Shown: positions 34,283-44,254 of the stretch, one piece after another
Layout of the letters: each line of letters begins with the position of its first letter
Numbering within the stretch: the first letter of the stretch is position 1
Assembly: GCA_963796965.1 (NCBI GenBank)
Contig: CAWCNS010000009.1
Span: 608,001-672,000, forward strand
Direction: 5' to 3'
DNA from: Calditrichia bacterium
Lineage (GTDB): Bacteria; Calditrichota; Calditrichia; JAJRVZ01
DNA length: 64,000 nt
Translations under genes and position numbers: made by a program
Notes under the pieces: model-generated
The model's database searches: none
Told to the model about the DNA's origin: nothing
The model's input: the letters and a program-made list of their open reading frames with translations, nothing else

Positions 34283-35953
34283 ATGAATCTAAAAATTAAA
34301 AGATTGTTTAGTTTTATTCTCCTATTCCTGATGATTCCTGCTTCAGTTGTTTGCCAGGGAAACACGCAAGAAGCAGATACTGCAACGTTTATTACCCGGC
34401 ATGAATTTATTACCATGAAGGACGGTGTAAAACTTTCAACAGATATTTATCTTCCCAAAGTAGAAGGAAAATATCCTGTGATTTTGGTACGCACACCTTA
34501 TAAAAAAAAGGCGTTGGAAAAAGGAGGCGCTCTTTATACGGCTCAAAATTACGTTTTAATTGCCCAGGACTGTCGGGGAAAATTTGAATCGGAGGGAAAA
34601 TTCTATCCTTTTATCAATGAAAGAGAAGATGGGTTGGCAACCGTAGAATGGATCCGTCAACAACCCTGGTGTAATGGAAAAATAGGGGGTTGGGGAGGCA
34701 GTTATGTGGGCTATACCCAATGGGCCATCGCTGATGTTCTGGATTGTATTACACCGGAATTAACAAGTGCCAGCATGTATGATTTGATCTATCCCGGTGG
34801 TGCATTTTCATTGGCAACAGCATTTAACTGGGGGCTCGTCGTCGATGCCAAAACTGTAAATCATGTAAAACCAGAAAAGATTTTGGACAGCTACTGGATA
34901 TTACCTCTTTCGATTGCCGATGATTCAACCACCAAAGATATTGCCTATATTAATGATTGGCTTGCGCACGAGGAATATGATGAATTCTGGCAGGCACAAA
35001 ATCACCGGCAAACCGCCAAAGCTCCTGTGGTATCGTTAGCCGGTTGGTATGATATTTTTCTCGGACCTCAGATTGTGGACTTTCAATCATTAGATGAAAA
35101 CATCCGTAATAAGAGCCGTCTGATTATCGGACCATGGTGCCATGGCAAACAGGCATGGGATAATGATTATGGCGGTGGTGCTAAAAAGGGAAATAAAACA
35201 AATTGGATGGCCGGATTTTTTAACGAAAATTTAAAGGATAAATCCTTTAATTATGATGACCCTGTCTTCAAAAACAAAATGTACAATCTTTTTGTCATGG
35301 GACGTGATGAATACTATGCGTCTAACAGCTGGCCTCCTAAAGCTGTTGAATTTATCCCCTATTATTTGGGACCTGAGAATCAACTATCACTAAACCTACC
35401 TTCCGGGGAAGGTAAAGTTTCCTATACCTATGATCCAGTAGATCCCTTTCCAAATAAGGGCGGGACTTTTCTTGGTATGAATGTAGGTGCCGCTGTTCAA
35501 AACGAAAATTTAACTCGGGGAGACCAATTAGTTTTTGAGACCGATATTCTGGATTCTGAACTCATTCTATTGGGACCTCTCGCTGCCACTATATATGTAA
35601 GCAGTGATGTACAATCAACCGATTTCTATATTTCCCTGCACGATGTTATGCCCAATGATACGATTATAAACATTCAGGAGAGTGGGAAGAAGGTTACTAT
35701 GGATCCCGGGGTAAATAAAATAGATCTGGATATCTGGGCAACGGGCTATCAGTTAAATCCCGGTCATAAACTACGTGTGGTAATTACTTCAAGTCTTTTT
35801 CCACGTTACAACCGTAATTTGAACACGGGAGAGCCCATCTTTTCTGCCAAAACGATAAAGAAAGCAAACCAAACAATTTACTTTGGTAAACATCCCTCTT
35901 CGGTAACCTTACCAATTCTACAATGGAAGGAAGGGGATAAATTTGAGGAGTGA
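34283..35953 (+). CDS. CocE/NonD family alpha/beta hydrolase
   Basis: MKDGVKLSTDIYLP, VRTPY, QDCRGKFESEG, GGSYVG nucleophile, GWYD, GPWCH, FPRYNRNLNTG; signal peptide; RBS GGAG before 34283. Confidence 0.92.
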   Translation: MNLKIKRLFSFILLFLMIPASVVCQGNTQEADTATFITRHEFITMKDGVKLSTDIYLPKVEGKYPVILVRTPYKKKALEKGGALYTAQNYVLIAQDCRGKFESEGKFYPFINEREDGLATVEWIRQQPWCNGKIGGWGGSYVGYTQWAIADVLDCITPELTSASMYDLIYPGGAFSLATAFNWGLVVDAKTVNHVKPEKILDSYWILPLSIADDSTTKDIAYINDWLAHEEYDEFWQAQNHRQTAKAPVVSLAGWYDIFLGPQIVDFQSLDENIRNKSRLIIGPWCHGKQAWDNDYGGGAKKGNKTNWMAGFFNENLKDKSFNYDDPVFKNKMYNLFVMGRDEYYASNSWPPKAVEFIPYYLGPENQLSLNLPSGEGKVSYTYDPVDPFPNKGGTFLGMNVGAAVQNENLTRGDQLVFETDILDSELILLGPLAATIYVSSDVQSTDFYISLHDVMPNDTIINIQESGKKVTMDPGVNKIDLDIWATGYQLNPGHKLRVVITSSLFPRYNRNLNTGEPIFSAKTIKKANQTIYFGKHPSSVTLPILQWKEGDKFEE

Positions 35954-35956
35954 TTT

Positions 35957-36052
35957 TGTCCACGGATTTTACGAATTTTCACTAATTAATAAAATCTGAC
36001 TTTTTGTTAATTAAGTATGGGAATTCGTGTTAATTAGTGTAAGTCGTGGACA
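35957..36052. repeat. Long imperfect inverted repeat between convergent genes
   Basis: TGTCCACGGATTTTACGAATTTTCACTAATT ... AATTCGTGTTAATTAGTGTAAGTCGTGGACA. Confidence 0.7.
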
Positions 36053-36055
36053 ATA

Positions 36056-36919
36056 TTATTTTTTAACATCAAACACTACCTTCTCCACAGTGAACCTGGC
36101 ATAACAGAATTCAATATCATCATAATGCCAGATGGCCTTTCCAAAAGTGGGTATCAGCTGACCGTTAAATTCTTTGTAATCACCAAAAGGTGTGGACCAC
36201 ATGGTGCGAACGTATTTTTTGGGATCTTTTGGATCGCGATTTAAAAACCGGTCATTGGTTATATAATTTGCTAAAAGCCCCTGGTCATCAAACTGCAATT
36301 CTGCTTCTATCACTATGTTGTGATCTGAAAATTTAAAACTTAGCACCTTATCATTAACCTCTTTCCAGGTAAACCTGTCTTTAAGCTGAATTAATACCCA
36401 GGGAAACATTAAAAAAGCATCATTGATATAAGTGTTCAACTCACCAATATCAAAGGCTTCTCCCCTCTCATCGAAAATGGTAATCAGGCGCATTAACTTT
36501 CCTTTCATATTACCATGTCCATCCTGGTAAATATCTGATCCAACCATGGAAAAGAGCCCCATCTTATCAGCACGAATAAAAAAGAGACGTAACGGTTCTA
36601 TAAAAGAATTAAACTGCAGCGTATTAACTTTAATCCACGGCTGGTCTTTTGCCATTTTGAAATCGCCATTAAAATATAAAACGGCATTTTGATAAAGAGG
36701 TTTTCCTACCATACCGCGGATTTTAAAATATTTTTTTATTTGTTCAGGGAAGTCCTCCAAATCGGTTTCGTTAACCATTCTTTGCATACCCCTGAAATGT
36801 ATATCAGGAAGTTCTTCAAGTACCTCGCTTAACTTGTCATCTAATGAGACATTTTTTAAATACAGAAGTACAGCGATAATAATAACCAGGATGATTAAAA
36901 CAAGAATAAAAATTTTCAT
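36056..36919 (-). CDS. DUF6544-like membrane-anchored hypothetical protein
   Basis: N-terminal TM; FPEQIKKYF, D..QDGHGNM, GELNTYIND, WSTPFGDYKEFNG..P. Confidence 0.7.
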   Translation of the reverse strand: MKIFILVLIILVIIIAVLLYLKNVSLDDKLSEVLEELPDIHFRGMQRMVNETDLEDFPEQIKKYFKIRGMVGKPLYQNAVLYFNGDFKMAKDQPWIKVNTLQFNSFIEPLRLFFIRADKMGLFSMVGSDIYQDGHGNMKGKLMRLITIFDERGEAFDIGELNTYINDAFLMFPWVLIQLKDRFTWKEVNDKVLSFKFSDHNIVIEAELQFDDQGLLANYITNDRFLNRDPKDPKKYVRTMWSTPFGDYKEFNGQLIPTFGKAIWHYDDIEFCYARFTVEKVVFDVKK

Positions 36920-37246
36920 GATTTTTCCGATATACTTTGGTGAAGACCTAGTTAATCTATTGCAGATTAGTTAAATTTTAAAGAATAATGTGATTATTTG
37001 TTTGATTAAGCAAAATCTATTCGAACAGATCAATACCTATTTACATCAAAATTATCTCCTCTATGAGTGCCTTTAAAAGGTAACTATATTGTGTTTTATT
37101 TAAGCTTAATTATTAGAAAATTCAATTGCTAATTTTTTCACCAAGTGGTACCTTATTGACGCACAAACCTCTCGAGAACCGACACCAATTATCAATTGCC
37201 CATTGATAATTGCAGATTGACAATTTAGTATAGTAAGGAGACAAAT

Positions 37247-38782
37247 ATGTCCTGTTGTCATACTAACATGAACAGACGCGAGTTTCTGGAATTAACTGCT
37301 GCCGGTACGGCGGCCATTAGTCTGGCAGGAATAGCACCCCTGTATTCCGGCAGAACAATCCCTGACTGGAATCCCGACGCACCATTTATGAAAATCGGAC
37401 GAGAACTTATCGTCCAACCGGTTTTAATGTACACCGAATCCACCCCCAGAAAACAAACCTCGTATAAATCCTGGGGAGGCATACAGGATGATGCCTCTGC
37501 CGATGAAGAGGTAAATCGTATTACAATAGAATTGAAAAACCTGGGCAAAACATCGGACTTTCCTCTGGAAATTTTACCCGTAAAAAAAGCCAAAACGGTT
37601 GATATGGCGAATCAGATCCACAAGGGAAAATTTGATGTAATCATCGTTTACCCGGCCCGGGGTGGTGGTGACTTACTACGTGCTTGTATTTCACAGGAGA
37701 AAGATACCCTTATTTTTGCCCGTCAAAAATCCGGGCCTGTTTATTACTGGTATGAAGCGTTGAGTGTTCGTTACCTGAAGACGGATGATCAAACAAGAGA
37801 GGAAGCTATTGCAGAAGGTAAATTCGCATCTGTTCAGGATGTCGTAATTGACGATATGGAGGAACTGCAAAGTAAGCTTCGATCCCTGTTTGGTGTAATT
37901 AATTTTATGGGTACAAAGATTGTTTCTCTGGGGGGACCGATTGGAAAATATAGTCCAGAAGCGCCCGATATTGCACGAAAGAACTATAACTGGGACATTG
38001 TGAATGTCTCATATGTGGATCTCAACAAGCGAATCCAAAGCGCCCGTGCGGATCAACGACTGATCAAGAAATCTAAAGAATGGGCACAGAGATATCTTTC
38101 AATTCCTGGAACAACTCTTAAAACCGAGCCTCAATTTGTAGATAACTGCTTTATCCTTTATTCAATATTCAGAGATTATATGAATGAGCACGATACCCAG
38201 GCTTTTACCATTAAAGACTGCATGGGTACTGTAATGCCCATGTCCGAAACAACTGCTTGTCTGACTTTAGGCCTGCTCAACGATGAAGGTTACATGGCTT
38301 TTTGTGAGTCCGATTTTGTGATTATTCCACCTGGTGTCCTATTACGATATATTTCAGGTAAACCAGTATTTTTGCACAATTCCACCTTTCCCCATAAGGG
38401 TGAAGTTACCTGTGCCCATTGTATTGGTCCACGACGTATGGATGGCGATCGCTACGAGCCAACCGAGATCATGACCCATTATGAATCGGAATATGGTGCG
38501 GCACCAAAGGTTGAAATTCCAATTGGGCAAGAATTAACATTTCTTGACCCAGAATATAGTACTGGTCGGTGGTTGGGATTTAAAGGAAAGGTTCTTGGTA
38601 ATCCTTATTATGAGATCTGTCGTTCCCAGCAGGATGTAAAAATTATAGGTGACTGGAGAAAACTAAAAAATGAAGTTCGCGATTCCCATTGGGTAACTGC
38701 CTATGGTGATCATTTGGATGAATGTGGTTATGCTGCCCATAAACTGGGACTTAAATGGGAGAATTTTTCAGAAACAATTTGA
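37247..38782 (+). CDS. Tat-exported L-fucose/L-arabinose isomerase-like protein
   Basis: NRREFLE Tat motif; AFTIKDCM, TACLTLGLLND, AFCESD, CAHC, THYES, CRSQ, HWVTAYGD; RBS AAGGAG. Confidence 0.7.
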   Translation: MSCCHTNMNRREFLELTAAGTAAISLAGIAPLYSGRTIPDWNPDAPFMKIGRELIVQPVLMYTESTPRKQTSYKSWGGIQDDASADEEVNRITIELKNLGKTSDFPLEILPVKKAKTVDMANQIHKGKFDVIIVYPARGGGDLLRACISQEKDTLIFARQKSGPVYYWYEALSVRYLKTDDQTREEAIAEGKFASVQDVVIDDMEELQSKLRSLFGVINFMGTKIVSLGGPIGKYSPEAPDIARKNYNWDIVNVSYVDLNKRIQSARADQRLIKKSKEWAQRYLSIPGTTLKTEPQFVDNCFILYSIFRDYMNEHDTQAFTIKDCMGTVMPMSETTACLTLGLLNDEGYMAFCESDFVIIPPGVLLRYISGKPVFLHNSTFPHKGEVTCAHCIGPRRMDGDRYEPTEIMTHYESEYGAAPKVEIPIGQELTFLDPEYSTGRWLGFKGKVLGNPYYEICRSQQDVKIIGDWRKLKNEVRDSHWVTAYGDHLDECGYAAHKLGLKWENFSETI

Positions 38783-38814
38783 ATCATAACGCGTAGTACA
38801 AGCAAGCATCGTGG

Positions 38815-38850
38815 AATAGGGGAAATTGTGATGACTTCCCCTATTTTTCT
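38815..38850 (+). terminator. Rho-independent terminator
   Basis: AATAGGGGAA-N11-TTCCCCTATT followed by a T-rich tract, 33 bp after the stop. Confidence 0.7.
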
Positions 38851-38932
38851 TCGTAACTTATGCGACTAAAAAGAATCTAACCACAGAGAACACGAAAATA
38901 TCTTCAAAGGTATAAAGATTATTGATCTCTTA

Positions 38933-39000
38933 GTCATCCCGAACTCGTTTCGGGATCTAATTGCACGAGTGATAAGATGCTGAACCAAGTTCAGCATGAC
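38933..39000. repeat. GTCAT...ATGAC double-hairpin palindromic element, copy 1
   Basis: GTCATCCCGAACTCGTTTCGGGATCT ... AGATGCTGAACCAAGTTCAGCATGAC. Confidence 0.8.
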
Positions 39001-39123
39001 GAAATTGATTAAATACGATTCAAATAGTACATGATGTTATTGATAAGATTTCGTGTCTACTTCGTGCTCTTCGTGTTATAAAAAATAAACATTAGTCAAA
39101 CAAAATAAGATAGGGAAATTATT

Positions 39124-41220
39124 ATGTATAAGTTTGTTTTATTATCAATTATCGGAGGGCTATTTTTAATGGGCTGTTCAAAAAAAGATTCAAACCCCTT
39201 TTACAACGAATATGACACGCCATTTAAAACACCTCCCTTCGCTGAAGTAAAGATGGAACATTATATGCCGGCATTTAAAGACGGTATTGTACAGGAAAAA
39301 GAGGAAATTATTGCCATTGCCACAAACCCGGAGGCAGCGACATTTAAAAATACCCTTGAGGCAATGGAAAAAACAGGCGAACTTTTAGATAAAGTCAGTA
39401 ATGTATTCTACAATCTGAAATCATCAAATACTAATGATGAAATGCAAAAAATAGCAAAAGAATTATCTCCGATGCTTTCCAAACACCGTGATGATATTCG
39501 TCTTAACAAACAGCTTTTTGAAAGAATTAAAACCCTCTATGACCAGAAAGACAAACTGAACTTAAATGGTGAACAGAACCGGTTACTGGAAAAGTATTAT
39601 AAAAACTTTGTTCGTGGTGGTGCTAATCTCAATGAAACACAAAAAGGTGAACTCCGGGAAATAAATAAGCAGTTATCGCTTTTAACCCTACAATTTGGTG
39701 AAAACATTTTAAATGAGAATAATTCTTTTGAAATGGTAATCGAAAAGAAAGAAGATCTGGCCGGATTACCAGATGCTCAGATTGCTGCCGCTGCAGAAAC
39801 GGCTACAAGTCGTAAACATGAGGGTAAATGGGTTTTTACCCTCCACAAACCAAGTTTGATACCATTTTTACAATATTCTGAGAAACGCGATTTACGCGAA
39901 ATCATGTTTAAAGGGTACATAAACCGTGGAGACAACAACAATGATCTGGATAATAAAAAGATATTAACCCAAATCGCTGCTCTCCGTGTAAAACGGGCAA
40001 ATTTACTTGGGTATAAATCCCACGCAGACTATGTTTTAGAACAAAACATGGCAAAAAATCCGGCAAAAGTCTATGCCCTTCTTGATGATTTGTGGAAACC
40101 TGCTTTGGCAAAGGCTAAAAATGAAGTAAAAGAGATGCAAAAAATGATCTATGCCGAAGGTAAAAACTTTAAGCTGGAGCCATGGGATTGGTGGTTTTAT
40201 GCCGAGAAAGTAAAAAAAGCAAAATATGATCTGGATGAAGAAATGATTCGTCCCTATTTTCAGGTTGAAAATGTTCGCCAGGGAGCATTTGATGTCGCTA
40301 CCAAATTATTTGGAATCACCTTTACTGAAAGAAAAGATATCCCTATTTATCATGAGGACGTGACGGTTTATGAAGTAAAAGAGGCCGACGGCACCCACAT
40401 TGGTATTTTATATACAGATTATTTCCCCAGGGCAAGTAAAGGGGGTGGCGCCTGGATGAATGAATTCAGAGCCCAGTCCAATATGGACGGCAAAGAGATC
40501 AGACCATTGATTGTCAATGTGGGAAATTTTACAAAACCTGTAGGTGACAAACCCGCCCTGATCAGCTACGATGAGGCAAATACGCTTTTTCATGAATTTG
40601 GACATGCCCTTCATGGCCTCCTTACCGATGTAACTTATCCCAGTTTATCCGGAACAAATGTCTCCCGGGACTTTGTCGAACTTTGTTCCCAGATTATGGA
40701 GAATTGGGCATCAGAACCAGAAGTATTAAGATCCTACGCCCGCCACTATAAGACTGGCGAACCAATTCCGGAAGAGTTAATAAATAAAATCAAAGAGAGT
40801 GGAAAGTTCAACCAGGGTTTTGCAACATTAGAATATTTGGCCGCTTCATATCTGGATATGGATTGGCATACAATTACGGAAACGACCGAACAGGATCCAT
40901 TAAAATTTGAGACAACTTCGATGGCAAAAATCAATCTTATAGATGAGATTGTTCCACGCTATCGCAGTCCCTATTTTTCTCATATTTTTTCCGGTGGCTA
41001 TTCATCCGGATATTATAGTTATATCTGGGCAGAGGTTTTAGATGCCGATGCTTTTGCAGCATTCAAAAAAGCAGGAATATTTGATCAAAAAACCGCCAAA
41101 GCCTTCCGGAAAAATATTCTTGAGCGGGGTGATACTGAGGATCCAATGGAATTATATGTGCGCTTCCGGGGTGCCGAGCCAAAAATCGAGCCGATATTGG
41201 AACGAAGAGGTTTAAATTAG
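39124..41220 (+). CDS. dcp: M3 family metallopeptidase (peptidyl-dipeptidase Dcp), lipoprotein
   Basis: Lipobox LMGC; KGGGAWM, FHEFGHALH (HExxH), DFVELCSQIME, HIFSGGYSSGYYSYIWAEVLDAD. Confidence 0.93.
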   Translation: MYKFVLLSIIGGLFLMGCSKKDSNPFYNEYDTPFKTPPFAEVKMEHYMPAFKDGIVQEKEEIIAIATNPEAATFKNTLEAMEKTGELLDKVSNVFYNLKSSNTNDEMQKIAKELSPMLSKHRDDIRLNKQLFERIKTLYDQKDKLNLNGEQNRLLEKYYKNFVRGGANLNETQKGELREINKQLSLLTLQFGENILNENNSFEMVIEKKEDLAGLPDAQIAAAAETATSRKHEGKWVFTLHKPSLIPFLQYSEKRDLREIMFKGYINRGDNNNDLDNKKILTQIAALRVKRANLLGYKSHADYVLEQNMAKNPAKVYALLDDLWKPALAKAKNEVKEMQKMIYAEGKNFKLEPWDWWFYAEKVKKAKYDLDEEMIRPYFQVENVRQGAFDVATKLFGITFTERKDIPIYHEDVTVYEVKEADGTHIGILYTDYFPRASKGGGAWMNEFRAQSNMDGKEIRPLIVNVGNFTKPVGDKPALISYDEANTLFHEFGHALHGLLTDVTYPSLSGTNVSRDFVELCSQIMENWASEPEVLRSYARHYKTGEPIPEELINKIKESGKFNQGFATLEYLAASYLDMDWHTITETTEQDPLKFETTSMAKINLIDEIVPRYRSPYFSHIFSGGYSSGYYSYIWAEVLDADAFAAFKKAGIFDQKTAKAFRKNILERGDTEDPMELYVRFRGAEPKIEPILERRGLN

Positions 41221-41250
41221 ATTCCCATAAATTTTCTTCCTTTTTAATAT

Positions 41251-41284
41251 GGCCCCTTACTACTTTTGTTTGGGGCCTTTTTTT
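41251..41284 (+). terminator. Rho-independent terminator
   Basis: GGCCCC-N15-GGGGCC followed by TTTTTTT downstream of dcp. Confidence 0.7.
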
Positions 41285-41367
41285 ATCCTTTATCCCATGA
41301 TTGGTTTATTTAACCTGTAAATTGTAGCGACGAAAATTAATGATCAAATGAAAGTCTCATCTCAAAT

Positions 41368-41434
41368 GTCATTCCGAACTTGTTTCGGAATCTAATAGCT
41401 ATCATTTTAGACCCTGAAACGAGTTCAGGGTGAC
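41368..41434. repeat. GTCAT...GTGAC double-hairpin palindromic element, copy 2
   Basis: GTCATTCCGAACTTGTTTCGGAATCT ... AGACCCTGAAACGAGTTCAGGGTGAC. Confidence 0.8.
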
Positions 41435-41657
41435 TAATACCCACCAAATCAATTTAATACAGATTTTCATATAAACTTTTTAGTTAGTACAATTGTTCAC
41501 GAATTAGTGAGTTGTCGTCAATCTCAAAGATGGACTACAACACTAAGGATTATTCCAATAATATGGTTTCTTAAATCGATCTATATTTATGAAATATTTC
41601 TTTTTTATCAGAGGACATTAATAAAACTACAAACCCAATAAAGATCTGGAGGAAATC

Positions 41658-41996
41658 ATGGCCTCTGATAATCCTGCCAATAATATGTGGATCATGCATA
41701 CCTGGGATGGCGCAGTCGAGTCCATCATGTTACCTGGCCCTGAAATCGGAACCAGACTTGGACCATATACTGAATTGAGAAATATAATCCTGAAAAACGA
41801 TCCCACTCTTTTAATCGAACCTCTACGCTTAAATAAAACCAATCCTCAATTGGCTAATTGCTGGAATCATGGTCCCCATCACCAGTTCGGCATTACAACG
41901 GTATTATGTGAGGGATCTGGGAATTTTTATACAAAAGAGAAAAATCTACAATCCGGTGAAATTCTTATGAAAAGTATTTGTGAGTTTTATAAGTAA
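41658..41996 (+). CDS. Hypothetical protein, possibly the C-terminal remnant of a larger enzyme
   Basis: 112 aa with protein-like composition and GGAGG upstream; the frame also continues upstream (NYKPNKDLEEI) to a stop at 41622. Confidence 0.4.
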   Translation: MASDNPANNMWIMHTWDGAVESIMLPGPEIGTRLGPYTELRNIILKNDPTLLIEPLRLNKTNPQLANCWNHGPHHQFGITTVLCEGSGNFYTKEKNLQSGEILMKSICEFYK

Positions 41997-42061
41997 TTGG
42001 ATACTTAAAATTATCCGTTTAATCGACAGAGGACTTAAAAAGTATATACCTGGAGAAGTGA

Positions 42062-43801
42062 ATGAAACTTCAAAGACAAAAAATGGTATATTTTTATTTA
42101 ATGGTATTTATTATAATTCTATCTGCATGTACGAAACCTTTAAACGAACAGTCAGAGCGACTGACCTGGTTCAAAGAGGCAAAGTTTGGCATGTTTATTC
42201 ATTGGGGTCCCTATGCCCGCCTGGCAGGGGAATGGAATGGCAGAAAAGTTCCGGTAGGTGAAAATGCCGAATGGGTGATGCAAAAATTGAAGATTCCACG
42301 TGAATCCTATCGCCAATTAGCCAGAGAATTTAATCCTATTCGCTTTAATGCAAAGGAATGGGTACAGCTGGCAAAATCCACTGGAATGAAATACCTGGTA
42401 ATTACATCCAAACATCATGATGGATTTGCTATGTATCATTCCGGGGTAAGTAATTATAATATTGTCGACTGGACACCATTTGACCGTGACCCGCTTATGG
42501 AGTTGAAGAACGAATGTCGGGCAGCTGGTATAAAATTTTGCATTTATTATTCACATCGGGAAGATTGGGATGAACCCTATGCCTATGGCAATGACTGGGA
42601 CTTCGAATTCAATCCAAAACAAAATCTGGCATTATTCGAAAACTATTATCTGGAAACAAAAGCAAAACCCCAGATCAGGGAGCTTATCCGCAATTATGGA
42701 CCCTTTGGTCTTATATGGTTTGACCGGGGATTATATACTCCTGAACAGGCCCGGGATTTTATTCAGCTCAGCCGCGAACTCCAACCCGATATTATTATTA
42801 ATGGCCGTGTTGGAAACTATGAGATGGAACTACAGGGTGATTATCAAAATATGAATGATAATGGTATGCCTGTTGGGGGAATTGAAGAATATTGGGAAAC
42901 ACCGCAAACCCTGAATGAAACTTGGGGTTATAGTAAGTTTGACACATTATGGAAATCTCCGCTGGAGGTGATTCGGCGCCTTGCTGAAGTTGTCAGTGCT
43001 GGGGGTAATTATTTACTCAATATCGGTCCTACTGGTGAGGGTATAATTCCTCAAAGATCCGTAGAAATACTGAACCAGGTTGGTCTCTGGATGAAGAAAA
43101 ATCATATTGCCATTTACGGCACTTCAGCAAATCCTTTCCCCAGGCTTCCATGGGGGACTTGTACGACCAAGGGAAACCGACTTTTTCTAATTGTCCTGCA
43201 ACCACCCAATGCGGGTAAAATTGAATTACCTGGTTTAAATAATGACATTATTACAGCTTATCCTCTTACTCAACCGGAATTGAAATTGGAAGTAAATAAC
43301 CAGTCGATAAGTCTCCCCCCAGCTTTTAAGCACAATGATGTGATCGTTGTCGACCTGGATGGGCTTCCTGATGTTGATCCACCTTTAATTCAGCCCAGAG
43401 AAGATGGAATCCTTCTACTTGACTATGTCTCCGCCCGAACTTTCAGTAAAGCCATCAAGCGCTTCAACCGTAAGGGGAAATTTCATATTTCTAAATGGCA
43501 GACACCTGAGGATTATGCCTCGTGGAATGTTCGTATATTAAAATCTGGAAATTATCAGGTATTTATGACTTATTCGGCCCAAGGGTCCTCTGCATGTAAA
43601 AAAGTACGCCTTCAAGCAAATGACAAAGCATTGGTAATCGAGCTTAATCCCACAGGTGAGGCCTATGATTATAGGCGTCATATATGTGGTGAGTTAAAAC
43701 TTGACACCGGTGATCAGACTGTTACGCTCCATCCAGGTCAGAGCGGACAAGAGGACCTGTTCTATTTCAAATCTTTGGAATTTATTCCACTGAATCCTTA
43801 A
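42062..43801 (+). CDS. Alpha-L-fucosidase (GH29) with a C-terminal CBM-like domain, probable lipoprotein
   Basis: WFKEAKFGMFIHWG, TSKHHDGF, IWFD nucleophile, GGNYLLNIGP; LSAC lipobox. Confidence 0.93.
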   Translation: MKLQRQKMVYFYLMVFIIILSACTKPLNEQSERLTWFKEAKFGMFIHWGPYARLAGEWNGRKVPVGENAEWVMQKLKIPRESYRQLAREFNPIRFNAKEWVQLAKSTGMKYLVITSKHHDGFAMYHSGVSNYNIVDWTPFDRDPLMELKNECRAAGIKFCIYYSHREDWDEPYAYGNDWDFEFNPKQNLALFENYYLETKAKPQIRELIRNYGPFGLIWFDRGLYTPEQARDFIQLSRELQPDIIINGRVGNYEMELQGDYQNMNDNGMPVGGIEEYWETPQTLNETWGYSKFDTLWKSPLEVIRRLAEVVSAGGNYLLNIGPTGEGIIPQRSVEILNQVGLWMKKNHIAIYGTSANPFPRLPWGTCTTKGNRLFLIVLQPPNAGKIELPGLNNDIITAYPLTQPELKLEVNNQSISLPPAFKHNDVIVVDLDGLPDVDPPLIQPREDGILLLDYVSARTFSKAIKRFNRKGKFHISKWQTPEDYASWNVRILKSGNYQVFMTYSAQGSSACKKVRLQANDKALVIELNPTGEAYDYRRHICGELKLDTGDQTVTLHPGQSGQEDLFYFKSLEFIPLNP

Positions 43802-43971
43802 AGCATATGACTCTTTTTGAATCTTTTTCGGAAAACCTGATGGCGTTCAAATGATTCATCCTGTTCAGACATCCATATCCCAGCGCCGGAAATAGAGATC
43901 CTGGCAAAAGATCGGCAAAGTTTTCTATTCAATTTCAGGTAGTTGCAGAGTAGGAAATATAGTATTGATTC

Positions 43972-44200
43972 CTAAGCTTTTACTAACTCGTGCTTTTCAA
44001 TATAATCGGAATTAATATCAACACCTAAACCGGGACCTGTTGGCACTGTAACAACACCACTTGCACTTGAAAGTGTTGAAGTTTTACATTCTCTAAAGGT
44101 ATTTCTTTATTAAATCCTTTAAACTCATGAAAGGGGCCAGCATTTGGAATCGCCATTGTTTCTTCATACCAATCAAATGGAACCAGTTCTTCATAATCCG
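43972..44200 (-). pseudogene. Decayed fragment of a mandelate racemase/enolase-family gene, paralogous to 46589-47854
   Basis: YEELVPFDWYEET joined directly to AIPNAGPFHEFKGFNKEIPL; after a shift CKTSTLSSASGVVTVPTGPGLGVDINSDYIEKHELVKA*. Confidence 0.8.
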
Positions 44201-44254
44201 GCCCAGGGCAACACAAGCTTATCTGCGAGTGCCCAGAGCCCTATACCTTAGATC

